A stretch of 64,000 nucleotides of DNA from the human T2T-CHM13v2.0 reference genome, Homo sapiens: NCBI RefSeq assembly GCF_009914755.1, contig NC_060928.1; one strand, 5' to 3'. Shown here one piece after another: positions 12,413 through 25,481 of this stretch. The position numbers and the translations under genes are program-made. Each line of letters begins with the position of its first letter. The first letter of the stretch is position 1. The notes under the pieces were generated by a model that saw only the letters and a program-made list of their open reading frames with translations, was not told the DNA's origin and did not search any database.

Positions 12413-13382
12413 TGGCCAGAGCCCATGCCCCTCCCCTCCCACTGCAGTCCCAGCAGCCCCCACCCCTGGGGGCTACCAAGGGCTCCACCCCCAGGGGACC
12501 AAGAGAGTCTCATGATGAGATGGGAGGGGGGAGTGGTGACGGAGAGGGATGGTGGCAGAGGCAGGGGATGGGTGGGGACAGGGCCAGGGGCGTCCCCACC
12601 TGGGGGTGGAGGGACCGTTGATGTACAGGCTGCCCATCAGGGTGTGAGCCTGCCTGGCCCAGGCCTCAGTTTCTCCATTTATGGGTCTCCATGCACCGCC
12701 TGTGCCCCGAGGATCCTGGCTCCGCCTCCGGCTACGTTCAGTCTTGTCTCTATTGCCCACATTCGCAAGTCCACGGCGGCCAACGCACCTGACAGGAAAA
12801 GGTCTGTCCACTCCCCACCGTCTCCGACTACAATCGCTGCTCTGTATTTCAACATTTCCCTGGAATTGGGTCCGTTTCTCCAGGTGAAAGAGTCTGCCCT
12901 GGGTCCATCACAACTATGCCGTTTCCCCATCCTAACACGGAGGCCACGGGGCCCCAGCTCCCTGGAAAGGAAAGCCAGAACCAGGCCCCGCCTTGAGTGA
13001 GGTAGGGGGCTCCCTGAACTGGGGGTCCCTAAGCCCCAGACCACCTGTGCCTAGGCAGTCTCAGCAGGCAGTACCTGCTGGGACAGGGTGGCCGTGATGG
13101 GTTCGGAGATCTGTCAGGAAGTGGTGCCAGGCCGCCGTGTCTTCTTGAACTCTTGCTGGCTACAGGCCAAGCCCTCTGTGCCTCGTGTCCTCTGCACCGC
13201 GATGGCTTCGCTGGGGGAGGGAGTGGGGAGAGCTGGCCTGCCCACGGGGCATCGCTGCACGTGGTAGGGGGTGACCTGGGCCGAAGGAGGATACCGGGCC
13301 TCTGCTAGGGCAGGGAGGCCAAGGGAGTTTGGGCCGGAGGGGACACCCTGAGCGCCCCACCTGCCTCCCGACTGTTGCCGGC

Positions 13383-13545
13383 CTGTGATTGATGCAGTTT
13401 TTTTTTGTTTGTTTTGGCAATCAGAGGTGTGAGCGCTTTAATATATATTAAATGGTGATAAATAAGGGGTCCAGGCAGCCGGCCTGACACGGCATTTGTC
13501 TTGGAGGGAGCAGAGATTGATATCTCGTGGGTGGCATTAAAAACT
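13383..13545. promoter_or_regulatory. Candidate enhancer island next to a CpG-rich segment
   Basis: TGATTGAT (13386-13393), the perfect palindrome TTTAATATATATTAAA (13437-13452) and TGATAA. A CpG-rich stretch follows to about 13900. Confidence 0.5.
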
Positions 13546-14543
13546 CCCGCCACAGTGGCGTGGGGGGCCCCGGGGCAGCCGCGCTCCTCCCCGGGCAGGG
13601 CGGGGACCACCCTCAGCGGCTGCCCCCAGCCCCACACCCTCACCCAAACCGCTGCCTGCAAGCCTGCGGCCCCTGCACGCCAGGACCCACCCGCGGGTGA
13701 CCGGCCCCGAAAGTCCCCTAAGGCCCCGGCAGCCCCAGGACTCGATCACCCGGACACCCCGGGCTCCCCCGGCTCCCCGGGGTCCTCCTGTTCGCCCCTC
13801 GGCCGGCGCCCTCCTCCCACAGCCCACTCGCACGGGCCCGAGGGGCTGCTGCGCTTCTGCAGGAGCCCAGGCTGGCCTGAGAGGCACCAGGAATGAGGGC
13901 ACAGGGTCCCTGGGCCGGCCCAGTCCCATCGCCCTCGAAGGCCTCAGTGCCAGTGTCCAGCCTGGGGCAGCTGCATCCTCCACCCTCGGCCTCACCACGG
14001 CCTGCCCTCATCTGATTGGATGGGCCGAGGTCAGGTGTGCCTCAGCCAATCCTCAGAGCTGGGGCCATGCACCGCCTCTGATTTGAGCCAATCACGGCTC
14101 ACTTGGTGGGCAGGGACTTCTGCAGCTCAGCGGGTGGGAGGGGCCTCCACCAGGGTCACCTTGACCTCTAGCTGACCTCTGCCTGACTTCTGGTTGACCT
14201 CTGCCCTCCCCCCAGGAAGAATGCCCCAGGGTGAAGACAAGGTGGCTGCCAGGCTGTGCTGTCCATGTGGCCACAGGAGGCCTGGACCTGGAGCTGGGAC
14301 CTGGAGGCTCCTGGGGTCCTTGGGGTGGGGTCACTGGGCAGTGGACACTGCGGGCATTGGGATGGGGGCACAGGGGAGCTCCGGAAGGTGGGATCTGGGG
14401 AACGTGGGGAAGGGGCACAGGAGGGTGGGTGCTGGCGCCATGAGGTGGAGGCACTGGAGTGGGAAGAGGAGTGGGCACGCTGGTCGCTGTGAGGTGACCA
14501 CTGGGGGTGCTGGGGCCATTGCAGGGGGTGGGGGGGGAATTGG

Positions 14544-14989
14544 TGATGCAGGACGGGCAAGCCCCAAAGTCGAGGCCATAACTTGGGAGGGTTCTTGGCT
14601 TCCCCCAGGAAAGAATCCAAGGGCAGGGGTCACAGCAGAGGCAGAGGCGCCCCTCCTCGCAGACCAGGGCTTCGCATGGGCAGTGCATCCGGAGTGGCGG
14701 CTCAGATGCAGCTCTGTGCTCATTATGCCCACTTTTAATGATATGCAAATTAAGGGGTGGTTTATGCAGAATTCTCCAGAATGAGGGCGGTGACATCTGG
14801 GCTGTCAGTGGTTGCCATGGAAAGGGGCGGTAACTTCTGGTCCTTGCCATGGCAGTGGTGACTGACATGACACACTGGTGAGTGTGTCTTATTGGGAGAT
14901 GCTTCTGCCCCAGATCTGTTGTGGCTAGTCCTCGATTTGGTCCAGTGTCCAAGCCCCACCTCTGGAGTTGAGTTCTGCCTCCTAGCTCA
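14544..14989 (-). mobile_element. ERV1 solo LTR, MER66/MER41-group-like
   Basis: Starts TGATGCAGGACGGGCAAGCCCCAAA and ends CTGCCTCCTAGCTCA. Internal ATGCAAATTAAGGGG and GTTGCCATGG motifs are typical of this LTR group. Confidence 0.75.
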
Positions 14990-16605
14990 CTGAGAAAGTG
15001 GGCACTGGTGTCACTGTGGGGGCACTAGAGTCACTGGGGGGTGGGTACTGAAGGAGTGGAGAGTGGGCACTGGGGTTGCTGTAGAGTGGCCTCTGGGGCC
15101 ACTGGCACGTGGGTACTGGGAGTACTGGGGTGCTGGAGAGGGGCACTAGAGTGGGCAGCACACACCCGAAGGTGAAGTCACAGGCCACAGGGCAATTGGA
15201 GCAGGGAGGCCCCGGGTCCGCAGGCCCCCCAGTTTTTCCCCCTGCCCTGCCTCCTGATGTCACGGCTGGCAGCAGGGCACTGGGGCCAGGCCTGGTGGGG
15301 CCTTTGGGCTGACCCCTCCCTGGGGGACTGGAGCCACAGCCTCTCGGAGTGCAGTGGGGTGGAAGCCAGCCCCCACGGAGCAGGTCAGATCAGCCTTGGC
15401 GGACGAGACTCAGGAGAGGGGCTCTGTCCGGGTCCCAGAGGGCCAGGAGAAGAGGGGAGCGTATTTTCATATGTTTAGAGTATCCTTGTGGCCACTGTGG
15501 AGAAAACTCCCTTTTTTCTCATTTTTCCAACGTGGGCCTCAGCTGGGCTTTCTGGATACTGGTTGCACCTTCAGATTCAGCCATAGCAAGAGGAAATGCC
15601 ACCTGCCCCCTGCCCTGTCACTGACCTGGCAGCGGCCTCGTGGGCCAGGATTACTGCAAGTGAGACTGAGACCCGGCTCCCTTTGCTTTTCTCCCCCGTG
15701 CACAGCCCTGGCATGAGAAGTGTCACAAAACATGCAAATGCCACAGGCTCTGTTGTCCTCCATAGCCTCCCAAGAAAAATGCCACTTCTGGGGCAGTACC
15801 CGACTGGGTGCCAGGCATCCTGCTGCGGTGCCCACCGCCTATGCTGGCAGAATTGAGGGACACCCCAGTGAGGTGCGAAGGCATCCTGTCTACTCAGTTC
15901 ATCAAAGTGTGTTTTCTGTAAAACACTCGCAGAGCTGACAGCAGCTGCAGGCGGCACCCTGGGGAACAGGGCTGGCTTCTGGGGATGGGGCAGCTCCCTG
16001 GCCAGAGGCCCCTGTGCCCTCCAGAAGCAGGGTCCCGAGGGCCTCTGTCCCCCCAGGAGGGCTGCCTGGAACAGCCTCAGCCATGGAGGCTGGCGTTGCT
16101 TCCAGAACAGTGTCCCCACGAGGCCTCGGAGAACATCAGCTGCGCACAGGGGCAGGAGCTCCAGCATTTACGTGCCTGGTGCTGCCTGGGAGGGATATAA
16201 TAGGGGCTCAGGAGGCGTCCGTGCCACCCTCCCCCTGCTCTCAGGTTGACAATTCTGGCTTAACCCTCCCCCATGAACGTGCTGTGCCCTGAGAGGACAG
16301 AGATGGCTTCGGCAGGGCCAAAGACTGGGAGACTTGGGGGTCCTGAGTGGGATAGACTCAGAGGGGTGGGACTCCAGAGGGGAGCAGGGGCGAGACATCC
16401 CGTCCCACTGTGGGGGGTCCAGACCCTGCATCTGCACTCCTGCCTATGCTGGTTTGCTCTTCCATCGCCGTCTCTTTCTTTCTTTTTGGGAGAGTTTTTT
16501 GAGGACATTAGCCTTTTACTCCTCTCACGTGTTGCAATCCCCCCGCCCCCGTTGGTCTTTTTCTCCTGGGAAGGCAACTTCTGCCATTTAGAAATACGTG
16601 ATTTT

Positions 16606-16901
16606 GGCTGGGTGCAGTGACTCACACCTGTAATCCCAACACTGTGGGAGTCCAGACGGTCGGATCACTTGAGGTCAGGAGTTCGAGACCAGCATGGCCA
16701 ACTTGGCGAAACTTCATCTTTACTAAAAATACAAAAATGAGCTGGGCGTGGTAGCTGGCACCTGTAATCCCAGTTACTTGGGAGGTTGAGGCAAGAGAAT
16801 TGCTTGAACTCGGGAGGCGGAGGTTGCAGTGAGCAATCATGCCACTGCATTCCAGCCCGGGAACAGGACTCTGTCTCAAAAATGAAAAAAAAAAAAAAAA
16901 A
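16606..16901 (+). mobile_element. Alu (AluS-type), full length
   Basis: Dimeric Alu with poly(A) tail. The 16-bp TSD AGAAATAC(G/A)TGATTTT lies at 16590-16605 and 16902-16917. Confidence 0.97.
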
Positions 16902-16919
16902 AGAAATACATGATTTTAC

Positions 16920-17920
<1,001 letters not shown>

Positions 17921-17925
17921 ACTCC

Positions 17926-18248
17926 TGTGTTAGTCAGCTCGCTGCCATGATGGAAATAGCACACTGGGCAGCTCACACACACACATTTATTTTCCCACAC
18001 TTCTGGAGGCTGGAAGTCCAAGACTCCAGTGCCAGCAGGTTTGGTTTCTCCTGAGGCCTCTCTCTCTGGCTTGTAGGTGGCATCTTCTCACTGGGTCCTC
18101 ACCTCCTGAGGTCTCTCTCTCCTTGCAGGGACACCCATCACTTCAGATGACAGTCCCTCAGGGTCCCTGTCTCCAGGTAGCCTGGCACTGGGGGTCAGGT
18201 CTTCAACACAGGAATCCCAGGATTGGGGGGGTGATTCCATCTGTAGCA
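17926..18248 (-). mobile_element. MaLR LTR (MLT1A/B-like)
   Basis: TGTGTTAGTCAGCTC...TTCTGGAGGCTGGAAGTCCAAG...TCCTGAGGCCTCTCTC...TAGCA. Confidence 0.85.
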
Positions 18249-19389
18249 GCACCTGACTCTCTCTTCCTAACTGCAGGACGCCCAAGTGGTAAGTGCTGGC
18301 ACTGGCATGGCGTCTGCCCCTGAGCCGAGAAACAGCCCTTGCAGGTCCTCGCTGTCCCCAGGGTGGCTAGGGCCGGGCCGGCGTCTGTGAGGGATGTGAG
18401 GTCACGTAGTTGAGGTTGAGGGGCAGCAGAGGCGGGAGGCTGGCGTGCTCTAGAGAGGCTTGTTATCTTGGGGTGGGGGGGCATGGGAGGGTCAGCAGGG
18501 ACAGGGCAGGGTGGGGGAAGAGCTGTGGGAGGTGCTGGAAGGGCACAGGTCCCTGGACCGCAGGCAGCGGTGCATAGGGGGAGCCTGAGAGAGCCATGTG
18601 GAGTCACCCCCCATGCCCAGCCGGGCTCTGCCCACCCTGGGTCCTCCCAGGCTCATGGGGGAGCCTCCTGGGGCCCAGGTGTGTGGCCCCAGCAGCTGTG
18701 GCACGGGTATCTGGCCAGTGGCCCTGACCCAGCCTGGTGAAATGCACTATATAAATGTAAATTTCCCTGCAAACTGCTCGCTCACTCATTCAACAAGCAA
18801 TCAGTGCAGCGCTGTCACTCCAATTTTCCACACTTTGTGTCTCTGTTCTCTGTCTGGGGCAATCCTGTTTCCCTGGGCTGTGGCAGGCTGGCAGCTGGAA
18901 AAGTTCAGCTTCTCAGATGCAGACAGGACCACCCAGCGGGCCGCCACTGAAGGGTGGGGCACAGCTGCAGGTGGCTGACCCAGGCAGGGTGTCCCAGCGA
19001 GGTCTCTCCAGGCTCGGGGATTGGGTCGGTCGCCTGAGGCTCGGGGATTGGGTCGGTCGCCTGGGATGGGGAGTGGATTTGGGAAGAGAAGAGCCTGATT
19101 GGTGGGCCCTGGGGAGAGGGAGATGCACGCCCATCTTCTCTGGGCAGATGGGGGTGAGGGAGGAAGAAGTGGGGGAGCTCCGTTTAGGGCTCTCCCTCCC
19201 TCCCTTCCTCAGGGAGCTCCTGGGTACCTGGGCCTCCGGGCCTCCTCTGCACTCCACCTGGAGGGACAGCAGCACAGGGGCTGTCTCTGGAGCACCGTGG
19301 CAGCCTCAAACAAGATGTTCCCTCCAGCAGCAGCTTGCTTGCCTCCCATTGGTCAAGAGCAGACAGCCCATGGGGTCTCCTTTTAAAAG

Positions 19390-19470
19390 CAGGGAAACTG
19401 AGGCCAGGGAGTGAGGTATATACTCCCCCAGGGCAAGTAGCAGACCTGAGGCTCGAGGCCAGCCCTGGGC
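19390..19470 (-). mobile_element. MIR fragment
   Basis: GGGAAACTGAGGCCAGGGAG MIR core. Confidence 0.5.
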
Positions 19471-19904
19471 CACATCCGTGGCACCCTGGAGGTGGAGACA
19501 GCAGGCAGGGCACAGGCATCAGGGGCTGGGCATGGATAGTGGAAGGGGGAGACCATGCTCAGAGCCCAGGCCCTGCCCCAGAGGCCCACACACCAGACCT
19601 GACCCTCCCCCGTCTCAGCCACTGTGCAGTCCTGGCTGCCCCCATCCTCTGTGGGCTCCGTGCTGCCCCTCGTCCCCGGGGTGTTCCCTGCCCATGCCTG
19701 CTGGCTGGGATTCATTTATCTCGGTATCTGCACATCCCCTAGCTTTTGGGGCTCGGGAGGGAGGCCCAGCTTCAGTGCCAGGGAGGAGTGGAGAGGCTCA
19801 AGGCCTTCCAAGGGCTGCGGGTTCATCCAGTGCTCACCTGCCTGTCCTATGAAGGGACACGAGCAGCTGACCAGGGACAGCAGGGCAGCCCCAGGGATGG
19901 GCTC

Positions 19905-20928
19905 CTTTTAAAAAAACAGCTTTATCAAAGTATCATTGGCATACAACAAACCTCACATATTTAACATGTACAATGTTATGGGTTTTGACATGTGTCCATG
20001 CGTCCATGCCAGCAAGAACATCCCCGGGACCCAGGACACAAACATTCTGGTCACCCCCAGAAGTCATTTCTGTCCCTTCCTGACACCTCCTCTCCACCTT
20101 TCCTCTGAGCCCGGCAACCACTCATCTTTAGTCACTGTAGATTAAGTTTCACTGTCTAGAATTTTGTACAAATGTACACTTTTCCCCTCTGGCTTCTCTC
20201 ACGCAGCACAATTATTTTGTAATCCATTCATGTCGTCTTGAGTAACAGTAGTTCTGTTTTGTTGCTGAGCTGAGCAGTACTCCATTGTGTGGTTATGATA
20301 CACAGTGATACAGTTTACAATTCACCTTTTGATGGACATATGGGTAGTTCCAGTTTGGGGCTGTTACAGATAAAGTTCAATGCACTTCAAGTATAAGTCT
20401 TTGTGTGGACATGCACTTTCATTTCCCCTGGGTAAATGCCTAGGAGTGGAATGGTGAAATTGTAGGGTAGATGTATATGTAATTTTTAAAGAAACAGCCG
20501 AGCTGGTTTCTAAACTGGCGGTTCGACTTTACTCCCCACCGCGATGCACGCACACTCCCCCGTGTCCTCACCTGCACTTGGCAAGGTTGGTCTTTGTAAT
20601 TTCAGCTGCTCCAATAGGTGCACAGTGGCAGCTTTGTGCGGTTTTAACCTGCGTTTTCCTGATAATTAGCAATGTCGAGCATCTTTTCATGTATTCACTT
20701 ACCAGCTGTGTATCTTCTCTGGTAAGAACGTCTCCTCAAATCTTTGGTGTGTTTTGAATTGGGTTGTTTCTCTTAGTATTAATTCGTAAGAAATTTTCCA
20801 CTGCTTTTTCAAATTGAACTATAACATGACATTAACCATTTTAAAGCATGCAATTCTGTGATTTTTAGTGTATTTATAAGGTTGTGAAACCATCATCGCG
20901 GCCTAATTCCAGAACATTTTCCTCACCC
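19905..20928 (-). mobile_element. Old L1 (L1MC/L1MB-type) 3' region
   Basis: AACAGCTTTATCAAAGTATC, TCCATTGTGTGG, GGTAAATGCCTAGGAGTGGAATGG and GAGCATCTTTTCATGT match the antisense L1 3' end. Confidence 0.85.
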
Positions 20929-20930
20929 TG

Positions 20931-21357
20931 TGAAAGTTGATCTTACAAATTGGGTCATTCTTGTCACACCCAACTACATGAGAGTAGGAGGCTGAGGGAA
21001 AAGCACTCGGGGTGCAAGACATTCCTCTAGGAATGTGATTCTCTGCAAGTCCAGCTGCTGAAACTGCTGTCACCTGAAGGCAGCCTCATCTGCAGCAACT
21101 GCGATCAGGGCCGCAACTCCGGGGCCGACTTTGCCCGGCCTGGCCCAGCAGTGGGGACTTGCGGGCCCGAGCTTTTCCAATGCCCGACGTCCTCGGGGCC
21201 ACAGGTGACCTTCCTGTTTCCTGAGCTGCAGCCTTGTTTTTATTCTCAGATGGGGAGCGCCCCTGGTCTGAGTGTGTGCCCCGAACTGCAATTCCTTCCT
21301 CTCAAATAAAACACACGAAACATAGAGATTCATCTACGTTTTATTTTGACTTCGACA
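20931..21357 (+). mobile_element. Solo LTR (LTR47-like)
   Basis: Starts TGAAAGTTGATCTTACAAATTGGGTCATTCTTGTC, has AATAAA at 21305-21310 and ends TTTTGACTTCGACA. Family name is from memory. Confidence 0.65.
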
Positions 21358-21725
21358 AAGAGGAAGCCCTGTTCCCATTCCGCAGTCGCTGCCTGCTCTC
21401 CGCCCCAGTCCCTGCCACCAGGAGTCTGCACTGGGCCTCCGGAGACCGCAGCCACTTGGGAACCGGAAAGGAAGGGGGACAGAACAGGAATGGCCATCCC
21501 GGAGCTGGGACTGGCTGTCGCTGGGCCCGAGGTTTTCAAGGGTTCCGGAGCGCGGCCTCCGTGGCTGGGCCTCAGAGACTAACAGACTCAGGCTGCCCGC
21601 GCCCCAGCTCAGCGCCCAGGGTCCCACGACCGCCATCAAGGCAGCTGGGGCGGCCTCGACCCCTGCCCCATTGGATGCTGTGGCTCCCGCCCCAGAGCGG
21701 TCCCCCAGCCCCGTCAGGAGGGCCG

Positions 21726-22010
21726 CCAATCACAGTGCCCCATCTCTCCCACCGCAGGGATTGGTCTAGGGCCAGGCACATGGCCTAAGCTGTCCAATCA
21801 CAGTACCCCATCTTTACGACCACAGTGATTGGTCCAGGAGTGGGCACATGGCCCAGGCCATCCAATCATAGTGCTCCATCTGTCTAACCACAGTGATTGG
21901 TCCAGGGACAGACACATGGCCTAGGCTGTCCAATCATGGTGCCCCATCTGTCTAACTATAGTAATTGGTCCACACATGGGCACATGGCCTAGGCTGTCCA
22001 ATCATAGCTC
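21726..22010. repeat. 68-bp tandem repeat (4+ copies) carrying alternating CCAAT/ATTGG boxes
   Basis: CCAAT at 21726, 21794, 21862, 21930 and 21998; ATTGG at 21760, 21828, 21896 and 21964. The unit resembles a segment of old ERVL LTR16/LTR33-type LTRs. Confidence 0.9.
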
Positions 22011-22014
22011 CATA

Positions 22015-22170
22015 GGGAGGAGGAACAGAGCAGGCATAGGGAGGAAGGGAGTAGGGGAGGAGAGGGAAGGCGAAGGAGAGAGGGAGGAGAGGAAGGGTGG
22101 GGGGTGGATGGGGGAGGTGAGAGGGAATGAGGGAGGAAGGGCAGGGTAGCGGGACAGGGGAGGGTGGGTG
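22015..22170. repeat. Polypurine G/A-rich tract
   Basis: Nearly all-purine GGAG/GGGA runs. Confidence 0.8.
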
Positions 22171-22344
22171 CTTTGCAATTTAATAGGGTGCCAGCACCCA
22201 AGGCCTCCCGAAACTCTCCTTTCCAGGGCAGAGACCGTGGCTCCAGCCCACACAGGCCCCGAGGGAGTTCTGGGCGCAGCCCTCCCATCCACGCCCCTGC
22301 AGGGCAGCCAGCCACCTGCCAAAGTGGGGCTTCGCCCACCCTCA

Positions 22345-22735
22345 GGGCCTGATTTATAAGGTGTCTTGCTGCGGGTCATTTGCTTTCTCCAAAGCCTACA
22401 GAAATCTAATTGCTGTTTGAAGAAAAAAAAAAATGCCCTAAATAAAGCAGTTAATTGCAAGCAGCAGCTCCTTTAGGCGCAGCCTTGCGGTCCTGGAGCT
22501 GCCGGCCATGGACCCCGAGCGGGGCGCCGGGGTGGGGCCTGGGCAGCAGACAGATCGGGGATCGGGCCGGGGGCAGCTGGGGTGGGCTCAGCAGAGCAGT
22601 CCCTGGCCCCGCGGTTAATTGAAATAACCGGGTCAATACACGGCCGCCGGGACCCAGCCCCATTTGATCTCTCTCCTGGGCAGATTAATTAAGTGTTATC
22701 AATTAGCGGCCCTGGCTAAAGGGCCACACTGTCAG
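22345..22735. promoter_or_regulatory. Candidate enhancer blocks at a CpG-island edge
   Basis: TGATTTAT (22350-22357), CTAATTG, GTTAATTG twice, GATTAATTAAG, TCAATTAG and CTGTCA. Confidence 0.55.
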
Positions 22736-23480
22736 GCCTGATGGGGACCGAGCGCGCCACAGGTCCGGGCCGATGTCCGTGGGGGCGACAGGCCTGCCAG
22801 GCGGGCTTCAGCGGGGAAGCCAGGGGTCAGGGACCAGGTCCCTGGGGCAACGCCAGTGCGGGCAGTCCCCGAGCCTTGGACAGCCCAGCACGGGTCCAGC
22901 CCCGGCCCCAGCACGGCTCCTGCACCGCCCCAGGACGTCCCCTGCATAGCCCAGGACAGCCCAACGCCGCCCAGCAGGGCCCCAGGACAGCTCCAGGACG
23001 GCCCCAGCACAGCCCAGCACGGCCCCAGCCCGGCCCCCGCACCCCCTCTCCCCGACCCGCCCAGCACCGCCCAGGAGGGTCCCAGCACCGCCCAGGAGGG
23101 TCCCAGCACCGCCCCAGGAGGGTCCCAGCACGGCCGCAGGGCACGCGGCGCTGTGGAGCGCATGAGCGGGGTGCGCCCTAGGGTGCGGCCCGCGCTGGCA
23201 GCCCCAGCCCGACTGCCGACCGCCGCTGCCGTAGAAACTGGGCCCATCCGCGGTGCCGGTGCAAGGTGCGGCCGTGGGGAGGCGGCGGGGCCGGGCCGCC
23301 GGGAGCTGGGAGCCGCGGCCACATCGGTGGAGCAGGGCGAGGCGCCACCTGGCGGCGGGCCCTCCCCTCCCGTGCGCGGCGCCGGAGCCGCTGGGGCCCC
23401 TTCCCGCTGCCGCAGCCCGCCTGGAGGTCCCCGCCCTCCAAGTCCCTGCCCGCCAGCCTCTTCTCCCATCATGGCGCCGT
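22480..23480. promoter_or_regulatory. CpG island with a CTCF-type motif
   Basis: Very high GC and CpG density by eye. GGCGCCACCTGGCGG at 23341-23355 reads CCGCCAGGTGGCGCC on the minus strand (CTCF core). A 22-bp repeat occurs three times at about 23060-23130. Confidence 0.75.
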
Positions 23481-23603
23481 CGCCTGCAGCCTCTCTGGAC
23501 ACTGAACGTCATGTTCAGCCTGGACACTCACAAATGGTCTGGCTCCCCACACCCCAGGCTGCCCACACAGGCACCCCTGCTGACCCCGGCAGGGCCCGGG
23601 CTT

Positions 23604-23724
23604 CCGGCCTTCTTTATAGGACCAGAACAGCGAGGGGGACTGAGGAGTGAGGGCTGCCTGAGCCCGGCCTTCTTTATAGGACCAGAACATGGAGGGGGTC
23701 TGGGGAGTGAGGGCTGCCTGAGCC
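23604..23724. repeat. 60-bp tandem duplication
   Basis: CCGGCCTTCTTTATAGGACCAGAACA... at 23604 and 23664. Confidence 0.9.
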
Positions 23725-24069
23725 GGGTCTCTGGAAAGCAGTCCTTGAGGCTCAAGGGTGAGGCTGGGAGGAAGCTCTTCCCTCATCACCCCACCCTTCC
23801 TACCTCTCTTTGCTGGTCCCAGCTGGGTGGCCATACTCTTCCATCTTGGACTAAAGAGCCCTCCAGGGAACATGGGCCAGCACACGCCTGTTCTGAGCCT
23901 TGGAGCAGCTGGAGTTCGACAGACTTGGCCTCAGCTCGGTTTTTGCCATGTCTGCTGGGTGGCCGTAAGGAAGTTGCTCCAGCTCTGAGTCCCAGTTTCC
24001 TCCTCTTGCATGACTGTTCTGATTATTAAGAGACCAGATGTGAAAAGAGCTGTGGACCAGGAAGAAAGG

Positions 24070-25478
24070 AGATGATGATTATGGCAATGGCTATGGTGCA
24101 GGTGATGAGGATGATGGTGGTGGTGATGGTGATGATGGTGATGCTGGTGGTGATGATGATGGTTGATGATGATGGTGATGGTGATGATGGTTATGGCTGA
24201 TGGTGATGGTCATGATGGTGATGGTGGTGATGGTGATGATGGTGATATGGTAATGGTCATGATGGTTATGGTGGTGATGATGGTGATAGTGACAATGATG
24301 ATGGAGGTGACGTTGGTAATGATGGTGGTAGTGATGGTAGTGATGATGGTGATGGTGGTTGATGGTGATGGCAGTTGATGGTGATGGTCATGATGGTGAT
24401 GGTGGTGATGGTGATGATGGTGATATGGTAATGGTCATGACGGTTATGGTGGTGATGATAGTGATAGTGACAATGATGATGGAGGTGATGTTGGTAATGA
24501 TGGTGGTAGTGATGGTAGTGATGGTGGTGGTGGTTGGTGGTGATAGTGGTGATGGTGATGATGGTGATGGTGGTGACACTGAGGTGATGGTGGTGGTAGT
24601 GGTCATGATGGTGGTGGTGATGGTGGTGATGATGGTAATGGTAGTCATGGTGATGGTGATGGTGGTGATGATAAAGGTAGTGGTGATGGTGGTGGTGATG
24701 ACAATGATGGTGATGGTGATGATAGTGGTGATGGTGGTAATAGTGATGACGATGGTGGTGGTGATGATGGTAACAATGGTGATGGTGGAGATGGTGATGG
24801 TGGTGATGGGGATGATAGTGGTAGTGACGATGGTGGTGGTGATGATGATGGTGATGATAGTGACAGTGATGATGGTGATGGTATTGGTGATGGTGATGAT
24901 GGTGATAGTGATGGTGGTGATAGTGATGGTGGTGGTGGAGATATGATGGTGATGGTGATGGTGATGGCGGTGATGTTATTGATGGTGATGGTGACAAAGA
25001 TGACACTGGTGATGGTGGTGATGACGGTGATGATTATACTGATGTGATGATGTGATATTGATGGTAGTGACGATCATGGTGGTGGAGATGATGGTGATGG
25101 CGGTGATGATGGTGATGGATGGTGGTGGTGGTGATGGTGATGGTGGAGATGATGGTGATGGTGATGGTAATAATGACAGTGGTGATGGTGGTGACAATGG
25201 TGGTGATTGTGATGGTGGTGGTGGTGGTGGAGATGATGGTGCTGGTGATAATAATGACAGTGGTGATGGTGGTGATGATGGTGATGACTGTGATGGTGAT
25301 GATGGTGATGATTGTGATGGTGATGATGATGATTGTGATGGTGGTGATGGTGATGATTGTGATGGTGATGGTGATGATGGTGATGACTGTGATAGTGATG
25401 GTGATGATTGTGATGGTGATGGTTGTGATGGTGGTGATGATGGTGATGGTGATGATGGTCATGATGATTATGGTGGTT
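24070..25478. repeat. About 1.4-kb (GAT/GGT)n trinucleotide low-complexity array
   Basis: Mixed GAT/GGT triplets with an internal duplication of about 178 bp (GGTCATGATGG at about 24208 and 24386). Confidence 0.97.
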
Positions 25479-25481
25479 AGT

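Noticed and set aside
14011-14100. Three CCAAT boxes (14015 reverse, 14046, 14088) as a promoter
   Set aside because: The context resembles a decayed MaLR (MLT1J/K-type) LTR segment and the spacing is irregular.
14720-14850. Octamer ATGCAAAT and RFX-like GTTGCCATGG as an ancient enhancer
   Set aside because: These motifs lie inside the ERV1 LTR at 14544-14989 and appear to be family features.
22732-23650. Several 239-264 aa ORFs over the CpG island
   Set aside because: Open in multiple frames on both strands because of extreme GC content; no recognisable protein family.
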